This document shows positions 23,020-38,000 of a DNA stretch of 64,000 nt, piece by piece. The DNA lies in the NCBI GenBank assembly GCA_964016885.1, contig OZ024748.1, positions 42,656,001-42,720,000 on the forward strand, given 5' to 3'. The position numbers were made by a program, and so were the translations under genes. The notes beneath the pieces are model-generated. The model saw nothing but the letters and a program-made list of their open reading frames with translations. It was not told where the DNA came from and made no database searches. The DNA is from Eledone cirrhosa. Taxonomy: Eukaryota. The first letter of the stretch is position 1. Every line of letters begins with the position of its first letter.

Positions 23020-26000
23020 CTAGTCAGCAGTCAACAAACAATCTATAGTTGTGTGTCATCTTAGCTGAACAGTGACAACATAGCTCTGGTCCTCAAGAGA
23101 CAATAGGTCAGTATCACTTTAGCTTAGCAGTGACAACATACCACTGACCCTCAACAGTCAACAATCTATAGGTCAGTGTCAGCTTAACTTAGCAGTGACA
23201 ACATAGCTCTCACCCTCAACAGTCTATAGGTCAGTGTCACCTTAGCTTAGCAGTGACAACATACCTCTGACCTTCAACAGTCTATAGGTCAGTGTCACCT
23301 TAACTTAGCAGTGACAACATACCTCTAACCCTCAAAAGTCTATAGGTCAGTGTCACCTGAGCTTAGCAGTGACAACATACCTCTGACCCTCAACAGTCTA
23401 TAGGTCAGTGTCACCTTAATTAGCAGTGACAACATACCTCTGACCCTCAACAATTTATAGGTCAGTGTCACCTTAACTTAGCAGTGACAACATACCTCTC
23501 ACCCTCAACAGTCTATAGGTAAGTTTCACCTTAACTTAGCAGTGACAACATACCTCTGACCCTCAACAGTCTATAGGTCAGTGTCATATTAAATTAGCAG
23601 TGACAACATACCTCTGACCCTCAACGATCTATAGGTCAGTGTCAGCTTTACTTAGCAGTGACAACATACCTCTGACCCTCAACAATCTATAGGTCAGTGT
23701 CACCTTAACTTAGCAGTGACAACATACCTCTGACCCTCAACAATTTATAGGTCAGTGTCACCTTTGCTTAGCAGTGACAACATACCTCTGACCTTCAACA
23801 GTCTATAGGTCAGTGTCACCTTACGTAGAAGTGACAACATAACTCTGACCCTCAACAATTTATAGGGCAGTGTCACCTTTGCTTAGCAGTGACAACATAC
23901 CTCTGACCCTCAACAATCTATAGGTCAGTGTCACCTTAGCTTAGCAGTGACAACATACATCTGACCCTCAACAGTCTATAGGTCGGTGTCACCTTAACTT
24001 AGCAGTGACAACATACCTCTCACCCTCAACAGTCTATAGGTCAGTGTCACATTAACTTAGCAGTGAGAACATACCTCTCACCCTCAGCAGTCTATAGGTA
24101 AGTGTCACCTTAGCCGAGCAGTAACAACATACCTCTGACCCTCAACAGTCTATAGGTAAGTTTCACCTTAACTTAGCAGTGACAACATACCTCTGACCCT
24201 CAACAATCTATAGGTCAGTGTCAGCTTTACTTAGCAGTGACAACATACCTCTGACCCTCAACAATCTATAGGTCAGTGTCACCTTAACTTAGCAGTGACA
24301 ACATACCTCTGACCCTCAACAATCTATAGGTCAGTGTCACCTTTACTTAGCAGTGACAACATACTTCTGACCCTCAACAATCTATAGGTCAGTGTCACCT
24401 TAGCTTAGCAGTGACAACATACCTCTGACCCACAACAATCTATAGGTCAGTGTCACCTTAACTTAGCAGTGACAACATAATTCTGACCCTCAACAATCTA
24501 TAGGTCAGTGTCACCTTAGATTAGCAGTGACAACATACCTCTGACACACAACAATCTATAGGGCAGTATCACCTTAGCTTAGCAGTGACAACATACCTCT
24601 GACCCTCAACAATTTATAGGTCAGTGTCACCTTAGCTTAGCAGTGACAACATACCTCTGACCCACGACAATCTATAGGGCAGTATCACCTTAGCTTAGCA
24701 GTGACAACATACCTCTGACCCTCAACAATTTATAGGTCAGTGTCACCTTAACTTAGCAGTGACAACATACCTCTCACCCTCAACAGTCTATAGGTCAGTG
24801 TCACAGTAACTTAGCAGTGAGAACATACCTCTCACCCTCAACAGTCTATAGGTCAGTGTCACCTTAGCCGAGCAGTGACAACATACCTCTGACCCTCACT
24901 AATCAATAGGTCAGTGTCACCTTAACTTAGCAGTGACAACATACCTCTGGCCCTCAACACTCTATAGGTCAGTCTCAGCTTAGCTTAGCAGTGAGAACAC
25001 ACCTCTGACACTCAACAATCTATAGGGCAGTGTCACCTTAACTTAGCAGTGACAACATACATCTGACCCTCAACAATCTATAGGTCAGTCTCACCTTTGC
25101 TTAGTAGTGACAACTTACCTCTGACCCTCAACAATCTATAGGTCAGCCTCACCTTAGCTTAGCAGTGAGAACATACCTCTGACCCTCAACAATCTATAGG
25201 GCAGTGTCACCTTAACTTAGCAGTGACAACATACATCTGACCCTCAACAATCTATAGGTCAGTCTCACCTTTGCTTAGTAGTGACAACTTACCTCTGACC
25301 CTCAACAATCTATAGGTCAGTCTCACCTTTGCTTAGCAGTGACAACATACTTCTGACCCTCAACAATCTATAGGTCAGTGTCACCTTAGCTTAGCAGTGA
25401 CAACATACCTCTGATCCTCAACAATCTATAGGGCAGTGTCACCTTAACTTAGCAGTGACAACATACCTCTCACCCTCAACAGTCTATAGGTCAGTCTCAC
25501 ATTTGCTTACCAGTGACAACATACCTCTGACCCTCAACAATCTATAGGTCAGTGTCACCTTAGCTTAGCAGTGACAACATACCTCTCACCCTCAACAGTC
25601 TATAGGTCAGTGTCACCTTAGCTTAGCAGTGACAACATACCTCTGATCCTCAACAGTCTATAGGTCAGTGTCACCTTAGCTTAGTAGTGACAACATAACT
25701 CTGACTCTCAACAATCTATAGGTCAGTGTCACCTTAACTTAGCAGTGACAACATACCTCTGACCCTCAACAGTCTATAGGTCAGTGTCACCTTACATAGA
25801 AGTGACAACATAACTCTGACCCTCAACAATCTATAGGTCAATGTCACCTTAACTTAGCAGTGACAACATACATCTGACCCTCAACAATCTATCGGTCAGT
25901 GTCACCTTAGCTTGGCAGTGACAAAATACCTCTGACACTCAGCAATCTATAGGTCAGTGTCACTTTAACTTAGCAGTGACAACATACCTCTCAGCCTCAA

Positions 26001-29000
26001 CAATTTATTGGTCAGTGTCATATTTGCTTAGCAGTGACAACATACCTCTGACCCTCAACAATTTATAGGTCAGTGTCACCTTTGCTTAGCAGTGACAACA
26101 TACCTCTGAGCCTCAACAATTTATAGGTCAGTGTCACCTTAACTTAGTAGTGACAACATACGTCTGACTCTCAAAAGTCTATAGGTCAGTGTCACCTTAG
26201 CTTAGCAGTGACAAAATACCTCTGACCCTCAACAGTCTATAGGTAAGTGTCACCTTAGCCGAGCAGTGACAACATACTTCTGATCCTCAACAGTCTATAG
26301 GTCAGTGTCACCTTAACTTAGCAGTGACAACATACCTCTGACCCTCAACTATTTATAGGTCAGTGTCATATTTGCTTAGCAGTGACAACATACCTCTGAC
26401 CCTCAACAATTTATAGGTCAGTGTCACCTTTACTTAGCAGTGACAACATACCTCTGACCCTCAACAATCTATAGGTCAGTGTCACCTTTGCTTAGCAGTG
26501 ACAACATACCTCTGACCCACAACAATCTATAGGTCAGTGTCACCTTAACTTAGCAGTGAGAACATACCTCTCACCCTCAATAATCAATAGGTCAGTGTCA
26601 CCTTAACTTAGCAGTGACAACATACCTCTGACCCTCAAAAATCTATAGGTCAGTGTCTCCTTAACTTAGCAGTGACAACATACCTCTGACCCTCAACAGT
26701 CTATAGGTCAGTGTCACATTAACTTAGCAGTGACAACATACCTCTCACACTCAACAGTCTATAGGTAAGTGTCACCTTAGCCGAGCAGTGACAACGTACC
26801 TCTGACCCTCAACAATCTATAGGTCAATGTCACCTTAACTTAGCAGTGACAACATACCTCTGACCCTCAACAGTCTATAGGTCAATCTCAGCTTAGCTTA
26901 GCAGTGAGAACATACCTCTGACCCTCAACAATCTATAGGGCAGTGTCACCTTAACTTAGCAGTGACAACATACATCTGACCCTCAACAATCTATAGGTCA
27001 GTCTCACCTTTGCTTAGTAGTGACAACTTACCTCTGACCCTCAACAATCTATAGGTCAGTGTCACCTTAGCTTAGTAGTGACAACATAACTCTGACTCTC
27101 AACAATCTATAGGTCAGTGTCACCTTAACTTAGCAGTGACAACATACCTCTGACCCTCAACAGTCTATAGGTCAGTGTCACCTTAACGTAGAAGTGACAA
27201 CATAACTCTGACCCTCAACAATCTATAGGTCAATGTCACCTTAACTTAGCAGTGACAACATACATCTGACCGTCAACAATCTATAGGTCAGTGTCACCTT
27301 AGCTTGGCAGTGACAACATACCTCTGTCACTCAGCAATCTCTAGGTCAGTGTCACCTTAACTTAGCAGTGACAACATACATCTCACCCTCAACAATTTAT
27401 TGGTCAGTGTCACCTTAACTTAGCAGTGACAACATACCTCTCACCCTTAACAGTCTATAGGTAAGTGTCACCTTAGCTTAGCAGTGACAAAATACCTCTG
27501 ATCCTCAACAGTCTATAGGTCAGTGTCACCTTAGCTTAGCAGTGACAACATACCTCTGACTCCCAACAATCTATAGGTCAGTGTCACCTTAGCTTAGCAG
27601 TGACAACATACCTCTGACCCTCAACAATTTATAGGTCAGTGTCACCTTTGCTTAGCAGTGACAACATACCTCTGACCCTCAACAATTTATAGGTCAGTGT
27701 CACCTTAACTTAGTAGTGACAACATACCTCTGACCCTCAACAATCTATAGATCAGTGTCACCTTTACTTAGCAGTGACAACATACCTCTGACCCTCAACA
27801 ATCTATACGTCAGTGTCACCTTAGCTTAGCAGTGACAACATACCTCTGACCCTCAACAATTTATAGGTCAGTGTCACCTTTACTTAGCAGTGACAACATA
27901 CCTCTGACCCTCAACAATTTATAGGTCAGTGTCACCTGAGCTTAGCAGTGACAACATACCTCTGACCCTCAACAGTCTATAGGTCAGTGTCACCTTAACT
28001 TAGCAGTGACAATTTACCTGTGACCCTCAACAATCTATAGATCAGTGTCACCTTAACGTAGAAGTGACAACATACCTCTGACCCTCAATAATCAATATGT
28101 CAGTGTCACCTTTGCTTAGCAGTGACAACATACCTCTGACCCTCAACAGTCTGTAGGTCAGTGTCACCTTAACGTAGAAGTGACAACATACCTCTGACCC
28201 TCAATAATCAATATGTCAGTGTCACCTTTGCTTAGCAGTGACAACATACCTCTGACCCTCAACAATCTATACGTCAGTGTCACCTTCGCTTAGCAGTGAC
28301 AACATACCACTGACCCTCAACAATTTATAGGTCAGTGTCACCTTTGCTTAGCAGTGACAACATACCTCTGACCCTCAACAATTTATAGGTCAGTGTCACC
28401 TTTGCTTAGCAGTGACAACATACCTCTGACTCTCAACAATCTATAGGTCAGTGTCACCTTAACTTAGCAGTGACAACATAACCCTGACACTCAATAATCT
28501 ATAGGTCAGTATCACCTTAACTTAGCAGTGACAACATGCATCTCACCCTCAACAATTTATTGGTCAGTGTCACCTTAACTTAGCAGTGACAACATACCTC
28601 TGACCCTCAACAGTCTATAGGTCAGTCTCAGCTTAGCTTAGCAGTGACAACATACCTCTGACCCACAACAATTTATAGGTCAGTGTCCTCTTTGCTTAGC
28701 AGTGACAACATACCTCTGACCCTCAACAATTTATAGGTCAGTGTCACCTTTGCTTAGCAGTGACAACATACCTGTGACTCAACAATCTATAGGTCAGTCT
28801 CACCTTAGCTTAGCAGTGACAACATACCTCTCACCCTCAACAATCTATAGGTAAGTGTCACCTTAGCCGAGCAGTGACAACATACCTCTGATCCTAAACA
28901 GTCTATAGGTCAGTGTAACCTTAACTTAGCAATGACAACATACCTCTGACCTTCAACTGTCTATAGGTCAGTGTCACCTGAGCTTAGCAGTGACAACATA

Positions 29001-32000
29001 CCTCTCACCCTCAACAATCTATAGGTCAGTGTCACCTTAACTTAGCAGTGACAACATACCTCTGACCCTCAACAATCTATAGGTCAGTGTCACCTTTGCT
29101 TAGCAGTGACAACATACCTCTGACCCTCAACAACCTATAGGGCAGTGTCACCTTAGCTTAGCAGTGACAACATACCTCTGACCCTCAACAATCTATAGGT
29201 CAGTGTCACCTTAACTTAGCAGTGACAACATACCTCTGGCCCTCAACAATTTATAGGTCAGTGTCACCTTAACTTAGCAGTGACAACATACCTCTGACAC
29301 TCAACAATCTATAGGTCAGTGTCAGCTTTGCTTAGCAGTGACAACATACCTCTGACCCTCAACAATTTATAGGTCAGTGTCACCTTAACTTAGCAGTGAC
29401 AACATACCTCTGACACTCAACAATTTATAGGTCAGTGTCACCTTAACTTAGCAGTGACAACATACCTCTGACCCTCAATAATCAATATGTCAGTGTCACC
29501 TTTGCTTAGCAGTGACAACATACCTCTGACACTCAACAATCTATAGGTCAGTGTCACCTTTGCTTAGCAGTGACAACATAACTCTGACCCTCAACAATCT
29601 ATAGGTCAGTGTCACCTTAGCTTAGCAGTGACAAGATACCTCTGACCCTCAACTATTTATAGGTCAGTGTCACATTTGCTTAGCCGTGACAACATACCTC
29701 TGACCCTCAACAATTTATAGGTCAGTGTCACCTTTGCTTAGCAGTGACAACATACCTCTGACCCTCAACAATTTATAGTTCAGTGTCACCTTAACTTAGC
29801 AGTGACAACATACCTCTGACTCTCAACAATCTATAGGTCAGTGTCACCTTAACTTAGCAGTGACAACATACCTCTGACCCTCAACAATTTATAGGTCAGT
29901 GTCACCTTTGCTTAGCAGTGACAACATAACCCTGACACTCAATAATCTATAGGTCAGTGTCACCTTAACTTAGCAGTGACAACATGCATCTCACCCTCAA
30001 CAATTTATTGGTCAGTGTCACCTTAACTTAGCAGTGACAACATACCTCTGACCCTCAACAGTCTATAGGTCAGTCTCAGCTTAGCTTAGCACTGACAACA
30101 TACCTCTGACCCACAACAATTTATAGGTCAGTGTCATCTTTGCTTAGCAGTGACAACATACCTCTGACCCTCAACAATTTATAGGTCAGTGTCACCTTTG
30201 CTTAGCAGTGACAACATACCTGTGACTCAACAATCTATAGGTCAGTCTCACCTTAGCTTAGCAGTGACAACATACCTCTCACCCTCAACAATCTATAGGT
30301 AAGTGTCACCTTAGCCGAGCAGTGACAACATACCTCTGATCCTAAACAGTCTATAGGTCAGTGTAACCTTAACTTAGCAATGACAACATACCTCTGACCT
30401 TCAACTGTCTATAGGTCAGTGTCACCTGAGCTTAGCAGTGACAACATACCTCTCACCCTCAACAATCTATAGGTCAGTGTCACCTTAACTTAGCAGTGAC
30501 AACATACCTCTGACCCTCAACAATCTATAGGTCAGTGTCACCTTTGCTTAGCAGTGACAACATACCTCTGACCCTCAACAACCTATAGGGCAGTGTCACC
30601 TTAGCTTAGCAGTGACAACATACCTCTGACCCTCAACAATCTATAGGTCAGTGTCACCTTAACTTAGCAGTGACAACATACCTCTGGCCCTCAACAATTT
30701 ATAGGTCAGTGTCACCTTAACTTAGCAGTGACAACATACCTGTGACCCTCAAGAATCTATAGGTCAGTGTCACCTTAACTTAGCAGTGACAACATACCTC
30801 TGACCCTCAATAATCAATATGTCAGTGTCACCTTAACTTAGCAGTGACAACATACCTCTGACACTCAACAATAAATAGGTAAGTGTCACCTTAACTTAGC
30901 AGTGACAACATACCTCTGACCCTCAACAATCTATAGGTCAGTGTCACCTTAACTTAGCAGTGACAACATACCTCTGACACTCAACAGTCTATAGGTCAGT
31001 CTCACCTTAACGTAGAAGTGACAACATACCTCTCACCCTCAACAATTTATTGGTCAGTGTGACCTTAGCTTGGCAGTGACAACATACCTCTGATCCTCAA
31101 CAGTCTATAGGTCAGTGTCACCTTAACGGAGAAGTGACAACATACCTCTGACCTTCAATAATCAATATGTCAGTGTCACCTGAGCTTAGCAGTGACAACA
31201 TACCTCTGACCCTCAACAATTTATAGGTCAGTGTCACCTTTGCTTAGCAGTGACAACATACCTATGACTCTCAACAATATATAGGTCAGTCTCACATTAG
31301 CTTAGCAGTGACAACATACCTCTGACCCTCAACAGTCTATAGGTCAGTGTCACCTTAGCTTAGCAGTGACAACATACCTCTCACCCTCAACAGTCTATAG
31401 GTAAGTGTCACCTTAGCCGAGCAGTGACAACATACCTCTGATCCTCAACAGCCTATAGGTCAGTGTCACCTTAACTTAGCAGTGACAACATACCTCTGAC
31501 CTTCAACAGTCTATAGGTCAGTGTCACCTCAGCTTAGCAGTGACAACATACCTCTGACCCTCAACAATCTATAGGTCAGTGTCACCTTAACTTAGCAGTG
31601 ACAACATACATCTGACCGTCCACAATCTATAGGTCAGTGTCACCTTAGCTTGGCAGTGACAACATACCTCTGACACTCAGCAATCTATAGGTCAGTGTCA
31701 CCTTAACTTAGCAGTGACAACATACATCTCACCCTCAACAATTTATTGGTCAGTGTCACCTTAACTTAGCAGTGACAACATACCTCTCACCCTTAACAGT
31801 CTATAGGTAAGTGTCACCTTAGCTTAGCAGTGACAACATACCTCAGATCCTCAACAGTCTATAGGTCAGTGTCACCTTAGCTTAGCAGTGACAACATACC
31901 TCTGACTCCCAACAATCTATAGGTCAGTGTCACCTTAGCTTAGCAGTGATAACATACCTCTGACCCTCAACAATTTATAGGTCAGTGTCACCTTTGCTTA

Positions 32001-35000
32001 GCAGTGACAACATACCTCTGAACCTCAACAATTTATAGGTCAGTGTCACCTTAACTTAGTAGTGACAACATACCTCTGACCCTCAACAATCTATAGATCA
32101 GTGTCACCTTTACTTAGCAGTGACAACATACCTCTGACCCTCAACAATCTATACGTCAGTGTCACCTTAGCTTAGCAGTGACAACATACCTCTGATCCTC
32201 AACAGTCTATAGGTCAGTGTCACCTTAACTTAGCAGTGACAACATACCTCTGACCTTCTACAGTCTATAGGTCAGTGTCACCTCAGCTTAGCAGTGACAA
32301 CATACCTCTGACCCTCAACAATCTATAGGTCAGTGTCACCTTTACTTAGCAGTGACAACATACCTCTGACCCTGAACAATCTATAGGTCAGTGTCACCTT
32401 AACTTAGCAGTGACAACATACCTCTGACCCTCAACAATCTATAGGTCAGTGTCACCTTAACTTAGCAGTGACAACATACCTCTGACCCTCAACAATCTAT
32501 AGGTCAGTGTCACCTTAGCTTAGTAGTGACAACATAATTCTGACCCTCAACAATCTATAGGTCAGTGTCACCTTTGCTTAGCAGTGACAACATACCTCTG
32601 ACCCTCAACAATCTATAGGGCAGTATCACCTTAGCTTAGCAGTGACAACATACCTCTGACCCTCAACAATTTATAGGTCAGTGTCACCTTTACTTAGCAG
32701 GGACAACATACCTCTGACCCTCAACAATTTATAGGTCAGTGTCATCTTTGCTTAGCAGTGACAACATACCTCTGACCCTCAACAGTCTATAGGTCAGTGT
32801 AACCTTAACTTAGCAATGACAACATACCTCTGACCTTCAACTGTCTATAGGTCAGTGTCACCTGAGCTTAGCAGTGACAACATACCTCTCACCCTCAACA
32901 ATCTATAGGTCAGTGTCACCTTAACTTAGCAGTGACAACATACCTCTGACCCTCAACAATCTATAGGTCAGTGTCACCTTTGCTTAGCAGTGACAACATA
33001 CCTCTGACCCTCAACAACCTATAGGGCAGTGTCACCTTAGCTTAGCAGTGACAACATACCTCTGACCCTCAACAATCTATAGGTCAGTGTCACCTTAACT
33101 TAGCAGTGACAACATACCTCTGGCCCTCAACAAATTATAGGTCAGTGTCACCTTAACTTAGCAGTGACAACATACCTCTGACACTCAACAATCTATAGGT
33201 TAGTGTCAGCTTTGCTTAGCAGTGACAACATACCTCTGACCCTCAACAATTTATAGGTCAGTGTCACCTTAACTTAGCAGTGACAACATACCTCTGACAC
33301 TCAACAATTTATAGGTCAGTGTCACCTTTGCTTAGCAGTGACAACATAACTCTGACCCTCAACAATCTATAGGTCAGTGTCACCTTAGCTTAGCAGTGAC
33401 AAGATACCTCTGACCCTCAACTATTTATAGGTCAGTGTCACATTTGCTTAGCCGTGACAACATACCTCTGACCCTCAACAATTTATAGGTCAGTGTCACC
33501 TTTGCTTAGCAGTGACAACATACCTCTGACCCTCAACAATTTATAGTTCAGTGTCACCTTAACTTTAGCAGTGACAACATACCTCTGACTCCCAACAATC
33601 TATAGGTCAGTGTCACCTTAGCTTAGCAGTGACAACATACCTCTGACCCTCACTAATCTATAGGTCAGTGTCACCTTTACTTAGCAGTGACAACATGCCT
33701 CTGACGCTCAACAATCTATACGTCAGTGTCACCTTAGCTTAGCAGTGACAACATACCTCTGACCCTCAACAGTCTATAGGTCAGTGTCACCTTAACTTAG
33801 CAATGACAACATACCTCTGACCTTCAACAGTCTATAGGTCAGTGTCACCTGAGCTTAGCGGTGACAACATACCTCTGACACTCAACAATCTATAGGTCAG
33901 TGTCACCTTTGCTTAGCAGTGACAACATAACTCTGACCCTCAACAATCTATAGGTCAGTGTCACCTTAGCTTAGCAGTGACAAGATACCTCTGACCCTCA
34001 ACTATTTATAGGTCAGTGTCACATTTGCTTAGCCGTGACAACATACCTCTGACCCTCAACAATTTATAGGTCAGTGTCACCTTTGCTTAGCAGTGACAAC
34101 ATACCTCTGACCCTCAACAATTTATAGGTCAGTGTCACCTTTGCTTAGTAGTGACAACATACCTCTGACCCTCAACAATTTATAGGTCAGTGTCACCTTT
34201 GCTTAGCAGTGACAACATACCTCTGACCCTCAACAATCTATAGGTCAGTGTCACCTTTACTTAGCAGTTACAACATACCTCTGACCCTCAACAATCTATA
34301 CGTCAGTGTCACCTTAGCTTAGCAGTGACAACATACCTCTGACCCTCAACAATTTATAGGTCAGTGTCACATTTGCTTAGCAGTGACAACATACCTCTGA
34401 TCCTCAACAATTTATAGGTCACTGTCACCTTTGCTTAGCAGTGACAACATGCCTCTGACCCTCAACTGTCTATAGGTCAGTGTCACCTTAACTTAGCAGT
34501 GACAATATACCTGTGACCCTCAAGAATCTATAGGTCAGTGTCACCTTAACTTAGCAGTGACAACATACCTCTGACCCTCAATAATCAATATGTCGGTGTC
34601 ACCTTAACTTAGCAGTGAGAACATACCTCTGACACTCAACAATAAATAGGTAAGTGTCACCTTAACTTAGCAGTGACAACATACCTCTGACCCTCAACAA
34701 TCTATAGGTCAGTGTCACCTTAACTTAGCAGTGACAACATACCTCTGACACTCAACAGTCTATAGGTCAGTGTCACCTTAACGTAGAAGTGACAACATAC
34801 CTCTCACCCTCAACAATTTATTGGTCAGTGTGACCTTAGCTTGGCAGTGACAACATACCTCTGATCCTCAACAGTCTATAGGTCAGTGTCACCTTAACGG
34901 AGAAGTGACAACATACCTCTGACCTTCAATAATCAATATGTCAGTGTCACCTGAGCTTAGCAGTGACAACATACCTCTGACCCTCAACAATTTATAGGTC

Positions 35001-38000
35001 AGTGTCACCTTTGCTTAGCAGTGACAACATACCTCTGACTCTCAACAATATATAGGTCAGTCTCACATTAGCTTAGCAGTGACAACATACCTCTGACCCT
35101 CAACAGTCTATAGGTCAGTGTCACCTTAGCTTAGCAGTGACAACATACCTCTCACCCTCAACAGTCTATAGGTAAGTGTCACCTTAGCCGAGCAGTGACA
35201 ACATACCTCTGATCCTCAACAGTCTATAGGTCAGTGTCACCTTAACTTAGCAGTGACAACATACCTCTGACCTTCAACAGTCTATAGGTCAGTGTCACCT
35301 CAGCTTAGCAGTGACAACATACCTCTGACCCTCAACAATCTATAGGTCAGTGTCACCTTAACTTAGCAGTGACAACATACATCTGACCGTCCACAATCTA
35401 TAGGTCAGTGTCACCTTAGCTTGGCAGTGACAACATACCTCTGACACTCAGCAATCTATAGGTCAGTGTCACCTTAACTTAGCAGTGACAACATACATCT
35501 CACCCTCAACAATTTATTGGTCAGTGTCACCTTAACTTAGCAGTGACAACATACCTCTCACCCTTAACAGTCTATAGGTAAGTGTCACCTTAGCTTAGCA
35601 GTGACAACATACCTCAGATCCTCAACAGTCTATAGGTCAGTGTCACCTTAGCTTAGCAGTGACAACATACCTCTGACTCCCAACAATCTATAGGTCAGTG
35701 TCACCTTAGCTTAGCAGTGATAACATACCTCTGACCCTCAACAATTTATAGGTCAGTGTCACCTTTGCTTAGCAGTGACAACATACCTCTGAACCTCAAC
35801 AATTTATAGGTCAGTGTCACCTTAACTTAGTAGTGACAACATACCTCTGACCCTCAACAATCTATAGATCAGTGTCACCTTTACTTAGCAGTGACAACAT
35901 ACCTCTGACCCTCAACAATCTATACGTCAGTGTCACCTTAGCTTAGCAGTGACAACATACCTCTGATCCTCAACAGTCTATAGGTCAGTGTCACCTTAAC
36001 TTAGCAGTGACAACATACCTCTGACCTTCTACAGTCTATAGGTCAGTGTCACCTCAGCTTAGCAGTGACAACATACCTCTGACCCTCAACAATCTATAGG
36101 TCAGTGTCACCTTTACTTAGCAGTGACAACATACCTCTGACCCTGAACAATCTATAGGTCAGTGTCACCTTAACTTAGCAGTGACAACATACCTCTGACC
36201 CTCAACAATCTATAGGTCAGTGTCACCTTAACTTAGCAGTGACAACATACCTCTGACCCTCAACAATCTATAGGTCAGTGTCACCTTAGCTTAGTAGTGA
36301 CAACATAATTCTGACCCTCAACAATCTATAGGTCAGTGTCACCTTTGCTTAGCAGTGACAACATACCTCTGACCCTCAACAATCTATAGGGCAGTATCAC
36401 CTTAGCTTAGCAGTGACAACATACCTCTGACCCTCAACAATTTATAGGTCAGTGTCACCTTTACTTAGCAGGGACAACATACCTCTGACCCTCAACAATT
36501 TATAGGTCAGTGTCATCTTTGCTTAGCAGTGACAACATACCTCTGACCCTCAACAGTCTGTAGGTCAGTGTCACCTTTGCTTAGCAGTGACAACATACCT
36601 GTGACTCAACAATCTATAGGTCAGTCTCACCTTAGATTAGCAGTGACAACATACCTCTGACCCTCAACAGTCTATAGGTCAGTGTCACCTTAGCTTAGCA
36701 GTGACAAGATACCTCTGACCCTCAACTATTTATAGGTCAGTGTCACATTTGCTTAGCCGTGACAACATACCTCTGACACTCAACAATTTATAGGTCAGTG
36801 TCACCTTTGCTTAGCAGTGACAACATACCTCTGACCCTCAACAATTTATAGGTCAGTGTCACCTTTGCTTAGTAGTGACAACATACCTCTGACCCTCAAC
36901 AATTTATAGGTCAGTGTCACCTTTGCTTAGCAGTGACAACATACCTCTGACCCTCAACAATCTATAGGTCAGTGTCACCTTTACTTAGCAGTTACAACAT
37001 ACCTCTGACCCTCAACAATCTATACGTCAGTGTCACCTTAGCTTAGCAGTGACAAAATACCTCTGACCCTCAACAATTTATAGGTCAGTGTCACATTTGC
37101 TTAGCAGTGACAACATACCTCTGATCCTCAACAATTTATAGGTCACTGTCACCTTTGCTTAGCAGTGACAACATGCCTCTGACCCTCAACTGTCTATAGG
37201 TCAGTGTCACCTTAACTTAGCAGTGACAATATACCTGTGACCCTCAAGAATCTATAGGTCAGTGTCACCTTAACTTAGCAGTGACAACATACCTCTGACC
37301 CTCAATAATCAATATCTCAGTGTCACCTTAACTTAGCAGTGAGAACATACCTCTGACACTCAACAATAAATAGGTAAGTGTCACCTTAACTTAGCAGTGA
37401 CAACATACCTCTGACCCTCAACAATCTATAGGTCAGTGTCACCTTAACTTAGCAGTGACAACATACCTCTGACACTCAACAGTCTATAGGTCAGTGTCAC
37501 CTTAACGTAGAAGTGACAACATACCTCTCACCCTCAACAATTTATTGGTCAGTGTGATCTTAGCTTGGCAGTGACAACATACCTCTGATCCTCAACAGTC
37601 TATAGGTCAGTGTCACCTTAACGGAGAAGTGACAACATACCTCTGACCTTCAATAATCAATATGTCAGTGTCACCTGAGCTTAGCAGTGACAACATACCT
37701 CTGACCCTCAACAATTTATAGGTCAGTGTCACCTTTGCTTAGCAGTGACAACATACCTCTGACTTTCAACAATATATAGGTCAGTCTCACATTAGCTTAG
37801 CAGTGACAAAATACCTCTGACCCTCAACAGTCTATAGGTCAGTGTCACCTTAGCTTAGCAGTGACAACATACCTCTCACCCTCAACAGTCTATAGGTAAG
37901 TGTCACCTTAGCCGAGCAGTGACAACATACCTCTGATCCTCAACAGTCTATAGGTCAGTGTCACCTTAACTTAGCAGTGACAACATACCTCTGACCTTCA

